Positions 9,601 to 17,556 of a stretch of 64,000 bases of DNA are shown one piece after another. The stretch comes from Parcubacteria group bacterium Gr01-1014_38 (GTDB taxonomy: Bacteria > Patescibacteriota > Andersenbacteria > UBA10190 > CAIZMI01). Both the position numbers and the translations under genes were made by a program. The stretch lies in the NCBI GenBank assembly GCA_007376145.1, contig VMFP01000003.1, positions 28,741 through 92,740 on the forward strand, in the 5' to 3' direction. Position 1 is the stretch's first letter; every line of letters begins with the position of its first letter. Under the pieces are notes generated by a model. It made no database searches. It had not been told where the DNA came from and worked only from the letters and a program-made list of their open reading frames with translations.

Positions 9601-9996
9601 CCGAAATTTACCTATGACGATCAGAAGTATTACGCACTTGATACCCTATTCGTAATGACGGGCGAATCTCTGAAATACTTGTTAGCAATTCTCAATTCGA
9701 AAATTTCCGAATGGTACTTCGCCCAAATCTCGACGAGTTCTGGCATGGGAACCACTAGATGGAAGAAGTACAAAATTGAACAGTTTCCAATAAAAAAGAT
9801 ATCTAAGGAGGAACAAAAGCCGATTGTACACCTAATCGATAAAATACTTTCCCTAACGATGGGCGAGGACTATTCGGCAAGCGATACGAAGCAAGCCAAA
9901 GTCCGCGAATACGAAAGACAAATCGACCAGCTCGTCTATAAACTCTACGGTCTTACACCAGAGGAGATTTCAATTGTTGAGCAAGGCAATGGCTAA
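6691..9996 (+). CDS. Eco57I/PglX-like gamma-class N6-adenine DNA methyltransferase with C-terminal specificity region
   Basis: Motif I 'DPAVGSGAFPV', motif IV 'ANPPY', and an N-terminal 'IVFLYFLQKKGWF' helix typical of type IIG/BREX PglX-like methyltransferases. No nuclease domain is present. The start overlaps the helicase stop (ATGA). Confidence 0.85.
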   Translation: MTREQAKQLVQEALQRPFDKGGFVRLVRNLLNHLEDAPFTYSGNTMRHAYANAVKSLERIGKYEDPEGRKIDVLVVNLRHVHALDHARTMQRNFIAWYLNGSRGDVFKDAALVAFHADDAPDWRFSLVRMDYRLTKSGEKVKAVTELTPARRFSFLVGQHEKTHTAQKQLLPILEDDTHDPLLSNLEQAFSIETVTKEFFGRYRDLFLETKEALDKVARRDNAVREEFSNKEVDTTDFAKKLLGQIVFLYFLQKKGWFGVARTGKWGSGPKNFLRQLFEKKHGDYKNFFNDILEPLFYEALAKERDNDFYSRFNCKIPFLNGGLFDPIYNYDWVHTDILLPDELFSNTLRTKEGDIGAGILDVFDRYNFTVKEDEPLEKDVAVDPEMLGKVFENLLEVKDRKSKGTYYTPREIVHYMCQESLVNYLAAELEGMVGREDIETLIKYGETAVEHDRHVEEGGETPTYQHRLPEAVRARAKVIDDKLADIRVCDPAVGSGAFPVGMMNEVVRTRNALTNYVEDKDDRSMYEFKRHAIQSSLYGVDIDPGAVEIAKLRLWLSLVVDEEDIKKIKPLPNLDYKMVQGDSLSSVQKNLFNQPLFNKLEELKPKFFEETNARKKQEYRRQIDELIDQITRGHKDFDYEVYFSEVFHEKKGFDVAIANPPYLQIQKMAKSEKERFRKIFRTFSKTGDIYCLFYERAIQILKQDGTLTFITSNSWLRARYGELLRKLLIEKANPVRLINYEDARMFEHAIVETNILIAQKSQWNGRLHATTVKNNNLNALPLDEYVKGNTSVISDLGVDSWNIADKASSGLKKKIESHSVSLKDLNVSVYRGITTGFVEAFVVDEEIRRNLITQDEKSAEVIKPVLRGQDAGRYFYAWKGLWLITLQSGWTNRNRGGKSPESFFAETYPAVHEYLKGVGSKIKIGAIKAKGKGLYGRDDQGDYWWELRDCDFYSEFEKEKVIWGELSDKPKFTYDDQKYYALDTLFVMTGESLKYLLAILNSKISEWYFAQISTSSGMGTTRWKKYKIEQFPIKKISKEEQKPIVHLIDKILSLTMGEDYSASDTKQAKVREYERQIDQLVYKLYGLTPEEISIVEQGNG

Positions 9997-11032
9997 GCGT
10001 CTTACTATTATTCTCGGTGCCGGTGCATCCTATAGCGTCAATCCGGATGGAAAGGCACTTGATACCCCTGGTTATCGACCACCTCTCGCGCATGAGATTT
10101 TTCGAGGTAGTCGAGAATTTAGAGTTATTTTGAATAAGTATCCACTCGCGGAACTCCTCGCAAGTGATATCGATCGCCGCATAAAACAGAACCGACAAGG
10201 AGTTGGGCTCGAACAAATCTTGCGTAGTTACGAGCAGGAAGTAACGGCGGGACGTGATTCACACATCGCCCGTCAGTTTTTGCAAATCCCTCTCTATCTT
10301 AATGAATTGTTCGGAGAGATAACGACTCACTTTACCAAACAGCCCGATGAGTACAACAACCTCGTGAATATAGCGCTCGGTCACCTCGATGAAGTTCTGT
10401 TTCTGACTCTGAATTACGACAATCTTTTTGAGATAGCGTTATCTCGAATCTCTAGCGTAGATTTTTCTGCAGAGCATCATTATACGCACGATGACAAATG
10501 GAAGCTCGTTAAACTTCACGGGTCGGTCAACTGGTATCGCCAGTTTTCGGGCTATCAGATTACAGAAGCAAGTGACAAGGAGTATTTTGCCCAACTGCAG
10601 CGCACTCCTCTTCCTCTTCAGCTTGACGATCGATTCATTTTAACGAGCCTACACGAGCATGCTCGGAAGTACATCGGGAACGCTCCTGTATATCCAGCAC
10701 TCACGGTACCCGTCGATGGAAAGTATCAACTGAATTCGCCGCCCGAGCATATTCAGTCCGCGACGGATTTTCTCTCAGGGTGCGAAAACTACCTCATTAT
10801 CGGCACGAGTGGTCGTGATCGCGATTTACTTGACCTGCTCCAGCAGCACGCACGGCAAGGGAAAGTTTTGGTTGTTGGGAGAGAGCAAGAAAATGCCGAG
10901 CGCACGAAGAGGAATTTTCAGGAAGTTGTCCCACAATTTCGATCTGATATGTCTGTGTATTCTCACCCGAGAGGATTCAGTGAATTTGTTGACAGCGGAG
11001 CACTGGACGAATTCTTACATAAGATCGCGTAA
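9986..11032 (+). CDS. SIR2-like (SIR2_2 family) NAD-dependent domain protein
   Basis: N-terminal 'TIILGAGASYS' Rossmann motif and 'KLHGSVNW' His motif typical of defence-associated SIR2 domains. The ATG at 9986 overlaps the 3' end of the methyltransferase. Confidence 0.7.
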   Translation, partial: AMAKRLTIILGAGASYSVNPDGKALDTPGYRPPLAHEIFRGSREFRVILNKYPLAELLASDIDRRIKQNRQGVGLEQILRSYEQEVTAGRDSHIARQFLQIPLYLNELFGEITTHFTKQPDEYNNLVNIALGHLDEVLFLTLNYDNLFEIALSRISSVDFSAEHHYTHDDKWKLVKLHGSVNWYRQFSGYQITEASDKEYFAQLQRTPLPLQLDDRFILTSLHEHARKYIGNAPVYPALTVPVDGKYQLNSPPEHIQSATDFLSGCENYLIIGTSGRDRDLLDLLQQHARQGKVLVVGREQENAERTKRNFQEVVPQFRSDMSVYSHPRGFSEFVDSGALDEFLHKIA

Positions 11033-11042
11033 ACATTCTGTC

Positions 11043-11372
11043 ATGTATCATCGTATATTTTGGGAACGGAAGGTCGAAGAAATACCTTGTCGTTGCTGTG
11101 GCTCGTTTAAAGCGACGCTCCGTTACAGTAAAGACGCTGAAAAGCTTTTTAAGGAAAAACTGTTTGAGCAATTTCGCGAGCACGCATACTGGAATCACTG
11201 GTATAACAAACACTACAACTGCGTGCGCTGCGGCCAATGGATTCCACCTGCTGAACGGGAACTAATCGTGGCCCATGGTTACCCCATCGATAATGTCCAT
11301 CCCGATTATTGCAAGGAGGAACAGCCCCATCTTCTTCGCATACACCGTCGCTGCCTAGATGAGTTATCGTAA
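11043..11372 (+). CDS. Small HNH-type endonuclease-like Zn-finger protein
   Basis: CxxC...CxxC pairs and 'AHGYPIDNVHPDYC' are consistent with the HNH fold. The start is taken at the internal ATG (MYHRI...) just after the SIR2 stop rather than the long overlapping upstream extension. Confidence 0.45.
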   Translation: MYHRIFWERKVEEIPCRCCGSFKATLRYSKDAEKLFKEKLFEQFREHAYWNHWYNKHYNCVRCGQWIPPAERELIVAHGYPIDNVHPDYCKEEQPHLLRIHRRCLDELS

Positions 11373-11377
11373 GTCGT

Positions 11378-11881
11378 ATGCCACAGTGCACTTCCTGCGG
11401 ATCGAGCGATTTCACACAGTACGGCCCTTACGCGGGCAGAATTGTTGCTGGAGGTGAAGTTCCTGATCTTAAGGATCAGATCATTGCGAGAAAATGTTCA
11501 GCCTGTGAATATCTTCAACTGGAAAAGCAGCTTACATCGGGCGTGAGAGTTGCCACAGCGCATATTGTAAAGGAAGGTCGTGCTGAGGACGTGCAACGGA
11601 TCATCGTCCGCTTCCTCTCCGACGAGCCGGATCAAAACGCTTTAATAAAGGAGTTCTACATCTGGCTTACCCAAGTATTCGTCGAGGATTTATTGAGACT
11701 TAAGGAGAGTGCAGAGGCACATGATTTTCTTCAAGCTGCAATTTTGGTTGCTGGATCGGAGTATAGAAAGGCGCATCAAGTGCCGAAGTATGGCGGAGTA
11801 GATTGCAGGGAGGAGTTTGGCGGCTGTCGGATCGTCTCCCGTCCGGAGACGTACAACTATCCTATCAAGCCGGATGTGTGA
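11378..11881 (+). CDS. Hypothetical protein with N-terminal zinc ribbon
   Basis: CTSCGS...CSACEY motif. Tightly spaced in the same plus-strand array. Confidence 0.4.
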   Translation: MPQCTSCGSSDFTQYGPYAGRIVAGGEVPDLKDQIIARKCSACEYLQLEKQLTSGVRVATAHIVKEGRAEDVQRIIVRFLSDEPDQNALIKEFYIWLTQVFVEDLLRLKESAEAHDFLQAAILVAGSEYRKAHQVPKYGGVDCREEFGGCRIVSRPETYNYPIKPDV

Positions 11882-11924
11882 ATTTTCCCACGATTTTTCT
11901 GCCTTATAACTGAACCAAAAGCAC

Positions 11925-13136
11925 ATGATAGCGCGCAGAGATACACCAAACTATAGAATATACGCTCTAGTCATTGGAGAGATACTTCGGCCAGGAAAAC
12001 TATTTGATTGCGAGATTAAAGAAATGAGTTTTGTAGAACAAGAAAAGAGAAGATTTTCCCCCATTGAGAGTGTTTTTTCTGGGAGGCACGGTGGAGATAG
12101 CAAAACTTACGCCACGCGCCTGCCTTACGTGGATCCGATGAGAATTAAGTCGGAACGTGTGGTTGTGTGCGATATTGATGAGGATGACGTAAAAGCTGCT
12201 CTAGGAGGCGCGATTAGACGAATTGAGAGGCTGTGCCGATTTTTGTCGGTCGCATATGTCGAAGATGCGAAGAAGAATTTTAGGAGAGAGCGCTTTGGAC
12301 TAACGCCATACCTCTATCAAGTAAACAAAGTCTACTCACTTGATACCGGCGGAAAGGAGCTAGATGCAGGCTTCAAGTTGGAAAGTGACTATGTTTATCT
12401 ACCGAATAGGCCTGAGCTCAACCAGTGGCGGCACAAAGAAACCGAGAAATTTCTGGAAGATATTTTTATTTTTCATGACGAGACATTAGAGCGAGCAATT
12501 AAGTATCTGTATCGATCCTCCATCGGACACTTTGTGGGAGATAGTCCTGAAAAAAGAGCTCTCGACCACATAAAATCAATCGAAATCATCTTGAATTCTC
12601 TATCAAGTAAAAGAAAGTTCGAGGGCAAGCTTAACGAGGCTGCTAACAAAATTGATCTCACCGAGAACGAGAAAGAAGCAATAAAGAAACTTTGGGAGAA
12701 TAGGTCGCGTTATGGTGACGTTGCCCATCCTTCTCCCTTCGATCAAGTTGAACGGTACCCAAACCAGTTCCCATTACCCAGTAATGTTCGATATCCGGGA
12801 GGAATCCATGACTCAATCGCGATCAATGTTTGTTTGAAGTACTTCTCCTACAGGAGAAGTTTATATGTCATAGACATAGAGAAGCCTTTTCGTGGTGAGG
12901 GCGTATCCAGCGACAGACAGGACGAAGAGGATATTATCGGTAATGTAAACCCCCAGTGGGAGAGCAACCACTTGTTTTTTAGGACTTCCGAAAAGGAAGA
13001 GAAAAAGCTTACGAAAAAAATACGACAGGCATTCGCTCGCGAATATGGAATTAGCGAAGGTCGTATTCTCAATGTTGTCGTTAAGCGGATTAGGAATAAG
13101 GAGAGCGTTATTGTAAGAGTGCAACCAACTGCGTGA
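11925..13136 (+). CDS. Hypothetical protein, possible HEPN-like (Rx5H) Abi-type effector
   Basis: 403-aa ORF. The 'RSRYGDVAHP' segment fits the Rx4-6H HEPN signature. No other recognisable domain. Confidence 0.4.
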   Translation: MIARRDTPNYRIYALVIGEILRPGKLFDCEIKEMSFVEQEKRRFSPIESVFSGRHGGDSKTYATRLPYVDPMRIKSERVVVCDIDEDDVKAALGGAIRRIERLCRFLSVAYVEDAKKNFRRERFGLTPYLYQVNKVYSLDTGGKELDAGFKLESDYVYLPNRPELNQWRHKETEKFLEDIFIFHDETLERAIKYLYRSSIGHFVGDSPEKRALDHIKSIEIILNSLSSKRKFEGKLNEAANKIDLTENEKEAIKKLWENRSRYGDVAHPSPFDQVERYPNQFPLPSNVRYPGGIHDSIAINVCLKYFSYRRSLYVIDIEKPFRGEGVSSDRQDEEDIIGNVNPQWESNHLFFRTSEKEEKKLTKKIRQAFAREYGISEGRILNVVVKRIRNKESVIVRVQPTA

Positions 13137-13166
13137 TAAAGCACCCTATTGGATTAGTGGAGCACC

Positions 13167-13643
13167 ATGGAAATCCTCGACGAGCAGCAAATCATTGAAA
13201 GGCGCCGGGAAACCGAGCAAGGCCTTGTGGATCTCCTCGAAGAAACGGGAAGCGATTTCGGTTTGGATGACATCAAGGAGATCATCTTCAACGAAGACGG
13301 ACAGGACGACCTCACCGACATCATTGCGATGTTCGATACCGGTCAGGGCGCGGCCGAACTTCAGGATGTTCTCGACCTCGTCACCGACGCCTGGAATTGC
13401 TTTCCACACAAATCTTTAGGCGGCCTCTCGCCGGCGGAGAAGGTGCTGGCATATCAGCAACGCAGCGACGGAGCGCCGGACCACCCGTCCGCGAATACCG
13501 TAGGAGGTGTTGGGGTATTCGTTTGTCGATGCGACGATCCCCACTGCGCGAAGTGCCTTCTCGTCAATTGCGAAGACAATCACTGCTCCGTCCACACGAA
13601 GGAACGAAAAGAGGCGTTCCGCAGAACATACCGCCAGCGATAG
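13167..13643 (+). CDS. Acidic hypothetical protein
   Basis: 158 aa with a strongly D/E-rich N-terminal half and a Cys/His-rich C-terminus. Last gene of the plus-strand array. Confidence 0.35.
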   Translation: MEILDEQQIIERRRETEQGLVDLLEETGSDFGLDDIKEIIFNEDGQDDLTDIIAMFDTGQGAAELQDVLDLVTDAWNCFPHKSLGGLSPAEKVLAYQQRSDGAPDHPSANTVGGVGVFVCRCDDPHCAKCLLVNCEDNHCSVHTKERKEAFRRTYRQR

Positions 13644-14120
13644 CTACGCGGTGGGCAGTAACCCGCCTTGCAAGAGAGGAAGTTTGATTAAATCACGGAG
13701 CTGATCGGGATTTTTGGCAAGATCAACCTCAACCCACGAGGCGAAGGCGTTATGTCGCTGAAGCACGGTCTTCTCCTCTTCAAACACATCGTCGTCAAAC
13801 CAGAGGAAATTTCGTGAGAAATCAATCGCTTCTGTTTTCAGCGTCGTCCAATTAGTAGGCTTCACTTGCCGTAACAGAGATAGAGTCTCAGAGGGTAGGT
13901 ATCGTGACAGAATACGGAGAGGCTGGGCCGTATCTCCTTTGCAATGCGTCGTGAGCCAATAGGTTTGATAGCGCTCGACGACGTACCGAATGAACGCATC
14001 AACATGCCGCGCTGGCTGCTTATCGTTTGCCAACAAGACTCCGTCGATGTCGAGATAAATGTCCATATGCTCATCATAGACCTTTCCGCCGCGTTCTCCG
14101 TAGTCTAGAGTATGATGCAA
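13644..14120 (-). CDS. HAD-superfamily hydrolase (nucleotidase/phosphatase-like)
   Basis: Motif I 'IYLDIDGVLL' (DxDG) and a late acidic motif 'FLWFDDD'. Confidence 0.55.
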   Translation of the reverse strand: MHHTLDYGERGGKVYDEHMDIYLDIDGVLLANDKQPARHVDAFIRYVVERYQTYWLTTHCKGDTAQPLRILSRYLPSETLSLLRQVKPTNWTTLKTEAIDFSRNFLWFDDDVFEEEKTVLQRHNAFASWVEVDLAKNPDQLRDLIKLPLLQGGLLPTA

Positions 14121-14140
14121 ATGATCAGCCGAATTCGCTT

Positions 14141-14632
14141 ATGACAGGATTCATTGTTGCGGCACTTATTGTTGTTGGCGGCATCGTCCTATATGCATTG
14201 CGACGCATGTTTCGCCACGGCGGGCGAATCACCAAGTATTTCGAAAATGCCGTGACCGTCTATATCTGGCTGGGTGAAGAAGATGCGCGGATTGCAGCCG
14301 TCACTGCCGCCAAGGTAGCGGCGAAAAGGCAGAGAAAACTCATGGCAGGGTATCTGAAACTACACGCAGAGCTATCCGAAATTTCGATTATTCCGGAGGC
14401 ACAGGAATCCATCCAAACCCTTCGAGAGCTCATAGATGACATTGAAGCCAAGGAGTGGAGTATACGGGACATCATGAAGGCAAAGGATAAACTCGAAGCA
14501 AGCAATCCTGAATATCTCAGGGCACTGAATAGAGCAGATAGTGGGATTTTTCCTCGAAAGTATCCGCGACTATTTGCGGCAAAGAGTATTCGCGAGACTG
14601 CTGCAATCGCCAAGAAAATGCAGAGCAGTTAA
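14141..14632 (+). CDS. Hypothetical single-pass membrane protein
   Basis: 'MTGFIVAALIVVGGIVLYAL' TM helix then a charged coiled-coil-like region. The start is chosen downstream of the overlap with the opposing HAD gene. Confidence 0.35.
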   Translation: MTGFIVAALIVVGGIVLYALRRMFRHGGRITKYFENAVTVYIWLGEEDARIAAVTAAKVAAKRQRKLMAGYLKLHAELSEISIIPEAQESIQTLRELIDDIEAKEWSIRDIMKAKDKLEASNPEYLRALNRADSGIFPRKYPRLFAAKSIRETAAIAKKMQSS

Positions 14633-14643
14633 GCGTTCATTCT

Positions 14644-15258
14644 GTGGCCACAGTAACTGAAAAATCGCTCGCGGAATTCAAACGAATCTACAAGAAGGAA
14701 TACGGCAAAGATATAGGCGACGCCGAGGCGCGCGACGCCGCGCAGCGCTTGCTGGACGTGTTCAAGCTTCTTCTTGATGTGGATAAGAAGGAGCGAGCAC
14801 GACAACTCAAGCTCAAGGAATCCCCAAAAGGATACCACCTCACCGACGGCACCTACAGCTGTTGTGTCTGCGGGAAGCAGGTCTCCGGTGAAGGAAGTTG
14901 GTACGACAAGCACGGCATTAAGTGCCTTCTCTGCCAGCGGGCGGTCGAGCAGCGAAAGATTCCGGTCAGCGTCTGCACGAACAAAGACAGCTGGTATGCC
15001 ACGTGGGAACTCGCGTACTACTACAAACTGAAATCACCGACGATCCGCAAGCTTGTTCGCAACGGCACCCTGAAAGCCCGCATCGTGCCGCACGAGAATG
15101 GAAGCCCATACTTTTCCGTCTTTCTGGTCAAGGACAACCTCGGTGTTCTTCAACCGAAACCGAAGCCGAAGATCGTTCACGTAGACGAGCGAACCATCAC
15201 CGTCGAGTCCCCGGGATTAACGCTGGGGATTACCAGCCAAAATCTACCCCATCCGTGA
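14644..15258 (+). CDS. Hypothetical Zn-finger protein
   Basis: 204-aa ORF (apparent GTG start) with CCVCGK...CLLCQ motifs. Confidence 0.4.
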   Translation: MATVTEKSLAEFKRIYKKEYGKDIGDAEARDAAQRLLDVFKLLLDVDKKERARQLKLKESPKGYHLTDGTYSCCVCGKQVSGEGSWYDKHGIKCLLCQRAVEQRKIPVSVCTNKDSWYATWELAYYYKLKSPTIRKLVRNGTLKARIVPHENGSPYFSVFLVKDNLGVLQPKPKPKIVHVDERTITVESPGLTLGITSQNLPHP

Positions 15259-15330
15259 TTAAGGCATCTTTACAGAAAGGCCACTCTCTACAATAATTCA
15301 TTGTTCTTGGCGGTACTAATTTTTAGAAAA

Positions 15331-15354
15331 CGCCTGCATGGTGACATGCAGGCG
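15331..15354 (-). terminator. Rho-independent terminator (perfect 10-bp stem)
   Basis: cgcctgcatg-gtga-catgcaggcg hairpin, with a T-run on the minus strand (plus-strand ttttagaaaa immediately 5'). It lies between convergent genes. Confidence 0.6.
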
Positions 15355-15369
15355 TGAAGTTACCTTGAT

Positions 15370-15939
15370 CTATACGGATCTATATGACTCAAAGAGCTTC
15401 GCGATGGATTCCATCACGCTGATCTCTGTCTCGACATCGCACAGATCATACTTTCCAGAGAAGCCGTCGATGACCTTCGAGACGTAGGCTATCAGCCTGT
15501 CTGACGAAAACAAGTCGATCCTGGCGACAAAGAGACTTTTCCTGTTTTCTTCTATCAGTTTCCGAACCGAGAGCGGCACCTTGTCAGATAACATCGGCGG
15601 ATGCAGGAGGATGATCGGCTTTGCGTGTAAGATCGCATAGGCCGTTTCAATGCTCGCGCTTTCACCGATATATCCGCGATGCCTTCCGTGCTTGTTATGC
15701 ACGATGTGAACAGGATTTGTTCTGATCGCCGCGAAGAAAGCCAACTCGACATCGTAGAACGACTGGTCGGCGGTAGGCATAAACGTAACCGGCGTGCCTT
15801 GGTATTCTCCGACGATCTTGTCGCTGAATGGGAACTGTACCTCGATCCCCGCTGCAACCAATCTTCTCTTCAGGTTGAAAATTCCCCTATCTCTCTTGGA
15901 GAATTTCCCGCTCATTTGTGTTTTCATCGTGTCCGGCAT
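15370..15939 (-). CDS. Nucleoside 2-deoxyribosyltransferase/DNPH1-like fold protein (paralog A)
   Basis: 'GYIGESASIETAYAILHAKPIILL' aligns with 'NYIGGNSFLEIGYAHIVGKKIFL' of the 17557-17979 protein. It carries the conserved Glu typical of N-glycosidic-bond enzymes of this fold. Confidence 0.45.
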   Translation of the reverse strand: MPDTMKTQMSGKFSKRDRGIFNLKRRLVAAGIEVQFPFSDKIVGEYQGTPVTFMPTADQSFYDVELAFFAAIRTNPVHIVHNKHGRHRGYIGESASIETAYAILHAKPIILLHPPMLSDKVPLSVRKLIEENRKSLFVARIDLFSSDRLIAYVSKVIDGFSGKYDLCDVETEISVMESIAKLFESYRSV

Positions 15940-16006
15940 TACACGACCTCCTTTCTGTTTGAGGCTAAGAAAAAGGCGGCGTGGAAACCCAGCCGCCCAA
16001 TGTTGC

Positions 16007-16663
16007 CTACAAAGCCGTGATTTCTAGCTCCTTAAAGAGATCGGCGGGAACGGCGAATGTCGTCTTCGCTTTGCTCCTCAAGTCGGAAGGCCTGCCGAGT
16101 ATTTCTTCGGCATGGTCAATCGACCCATACCAAAGAGACTTGAACTTCGCCTCTCGCATGCCCTGCATGTCCATATGAGCGACATGAAGCACGCCGGGAT
16201 CAGATTCTTTCATAACTTGTCGGTACTCCGGCTTCGGCTTGCACCGAAATGTAATTTCGGTAAAGAGCGCCTGACGGGTTTTGGGCAGAAAATCGAATCC
16301 TCCGAAGCCGAGCATCCAAGACACCTCTTCTCCGACTCGCACGCGGTATCCGAGGCAGATGCTGTCTTCGCATTCTTCCGCCGATCCCAGAAAGATGCTG
16401 TTGACCTTTTTGAAGGCAAGCAGGAGTTCCTTGAGATCGTCTCGCTTCAAGACTTTCGGAAAGATGATGCTTTTGGTGGAGATTTTCTCGTCGCTGATCG
16501 CTTCTTGGATGAGCGACTCCATTTGTTGCGGATCAACATCGGCAACAGAGAAGTACCACCCGAACTTTTCAGGATCGGAGGCGGCGTGAGCCGCAAAGAG
16601 ACACCCCGCATTTCCTTGCCGGTAGAACGCAAGCTGGTCCTCGACGATGCGTCTCTCAAGCAT
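16007..16663 (-). CDS. Hypothetical protein
   Basis: 218-aa ORF in the same minus-strand cluster. No confidently recognised domain. Confidence 0.4.
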   Translation of the reverse strand: MLERRIVEDQLAFYRQGNAGCLFAAHAASDPEKFGWYFSVADVDPQQMESLIQEAISDEKISTKSIIFPKVLKRDDLKELLLAFKKVNSIFLGSAEECEDSICLGYRVRVGEEVSWMLGFGGFDFLPKTRQALFTEITFRCKPKPEYRQVMKESDPGVLHVAHMDMQGMREAKFKSLWYGSIDHAEEILGRPSDLRSKAKTTFAVPADLFKELEITAL

Positions 16664-16797
16664 ATGAACCTCTCTTTCTGTGGGTTGTTTTTCCAGAGAA
16701 CAAACGGGCCTACATCATAAGCCTATTACCCATACTGTCAACATCTTGGGCGATGATACATAAACCCTCTGCCAAAGAGGGTTTATGAGTCGGCGGG

Positions 16798-17553
16798 CTA
16801 CGAAATTGCCAGAGTAAATATCTTTTTATATTTTCTCAAATATTGACTCCGGTCTTTCCTGCGATATTGAAGAACAAATCTTGGATGTTCCAGAGCATGT
16901 ATCTTTTCGAAAAATCCGTATTCTTCGTTTATGCCCTGAAACACTTTGAGATTCGTTCCCGTGCCCAGCACAATGGCCAGCCTTCTGTTTGCGCCGAAAT
17001 CAATTTGTTTTTTTACGGTCTCTACGAGAAACGGCCGTATTCGAGAAAGAAAACCCGCGTCATCATAGTAATTGTAATTCCTGTTGTCTCGGACAAAACC
17101 AACAGGACAAACCGCAGTCAAGAAAAACGACCCATAAAACGCTTGTACTCCGCCGAGTTTGTTGATGACTTCATAGACAAACCCAGAAGTAAGCTCGCGC
17201 TTTTTCTCAAGCGAGTTGGGAATGCGGCAATACTCCTGTAAGGCTACTGGATCTGTAAAGGGAACCCCCGTGGTTCCGGATCCGAATCTGCCCGGATTGA
17301 TGCCAAAGGCGAAGATACGGTTCTGCGTATCCGAATAAAACTTGTCATAAAACTCCTTTGCGTATCCTCGTGTCTGCGGATGTGCATACGGATAGATGAT
17401 TTCCATTCCAGGCAATAAGAGTTTGCGAGGGAAAACAAGAGTATTGTAAAAATCCAGCACTCGCTCGCCGAATGTCTGTTTCTTGGCCGATTTTTTCATC
17501 TGTAACCTTTCCTTTCTTTCGATTGTTAAAGAGCGCTCTCGGGTTACCATCAT
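16798..17553 (-). CDS. Uracil-DNA-glycosylase superfamily protein (MUG/TDG-like GINPG motif)
   Basis: 'GINPGRFGSGTTGVPFTDP' matches the family-2 (MUG/TDG) motif A, and a later 'EHPRF' is a possible motif B. The true start may be the internal MKKSAKK (17499). Confidence 0.5.
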   Translation of the reverse strand: MMVTRERSLTIERKERLQMKKSAKKQTFGERVLDFYNTLVFPRKLLLPGMEIIYPYAHPQTRGYAKEFYDKFYSDTQNRIFAFGINPGRFGSGTTGVPFTDPVALQEYCRIPNSLEKKRELTSGFVYEVINKLGGVQAFYGSFFLTAVCPVGFVRDNRNYNYYDDAGFLSRIRPFLVETVKKQIDFGANRRLAIVLGTGTNLKVFQGINEEYGFFEKIHALEHPRFVLQYRRKDRSQYLRKYKKIFTLAIS

Positions 17554-17556
17554 ATA

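Noticed and set aside
10809-11372. 187-aa ORF start at 10809 overlapping the last 224 nt of the SIR2 gene
   Set aside because: Only the C-terminal 110 aa (from ATG 11043) carry the HNH-like motifs. The upstream extension overlaps SIR2 in another frame and is probably not translated.
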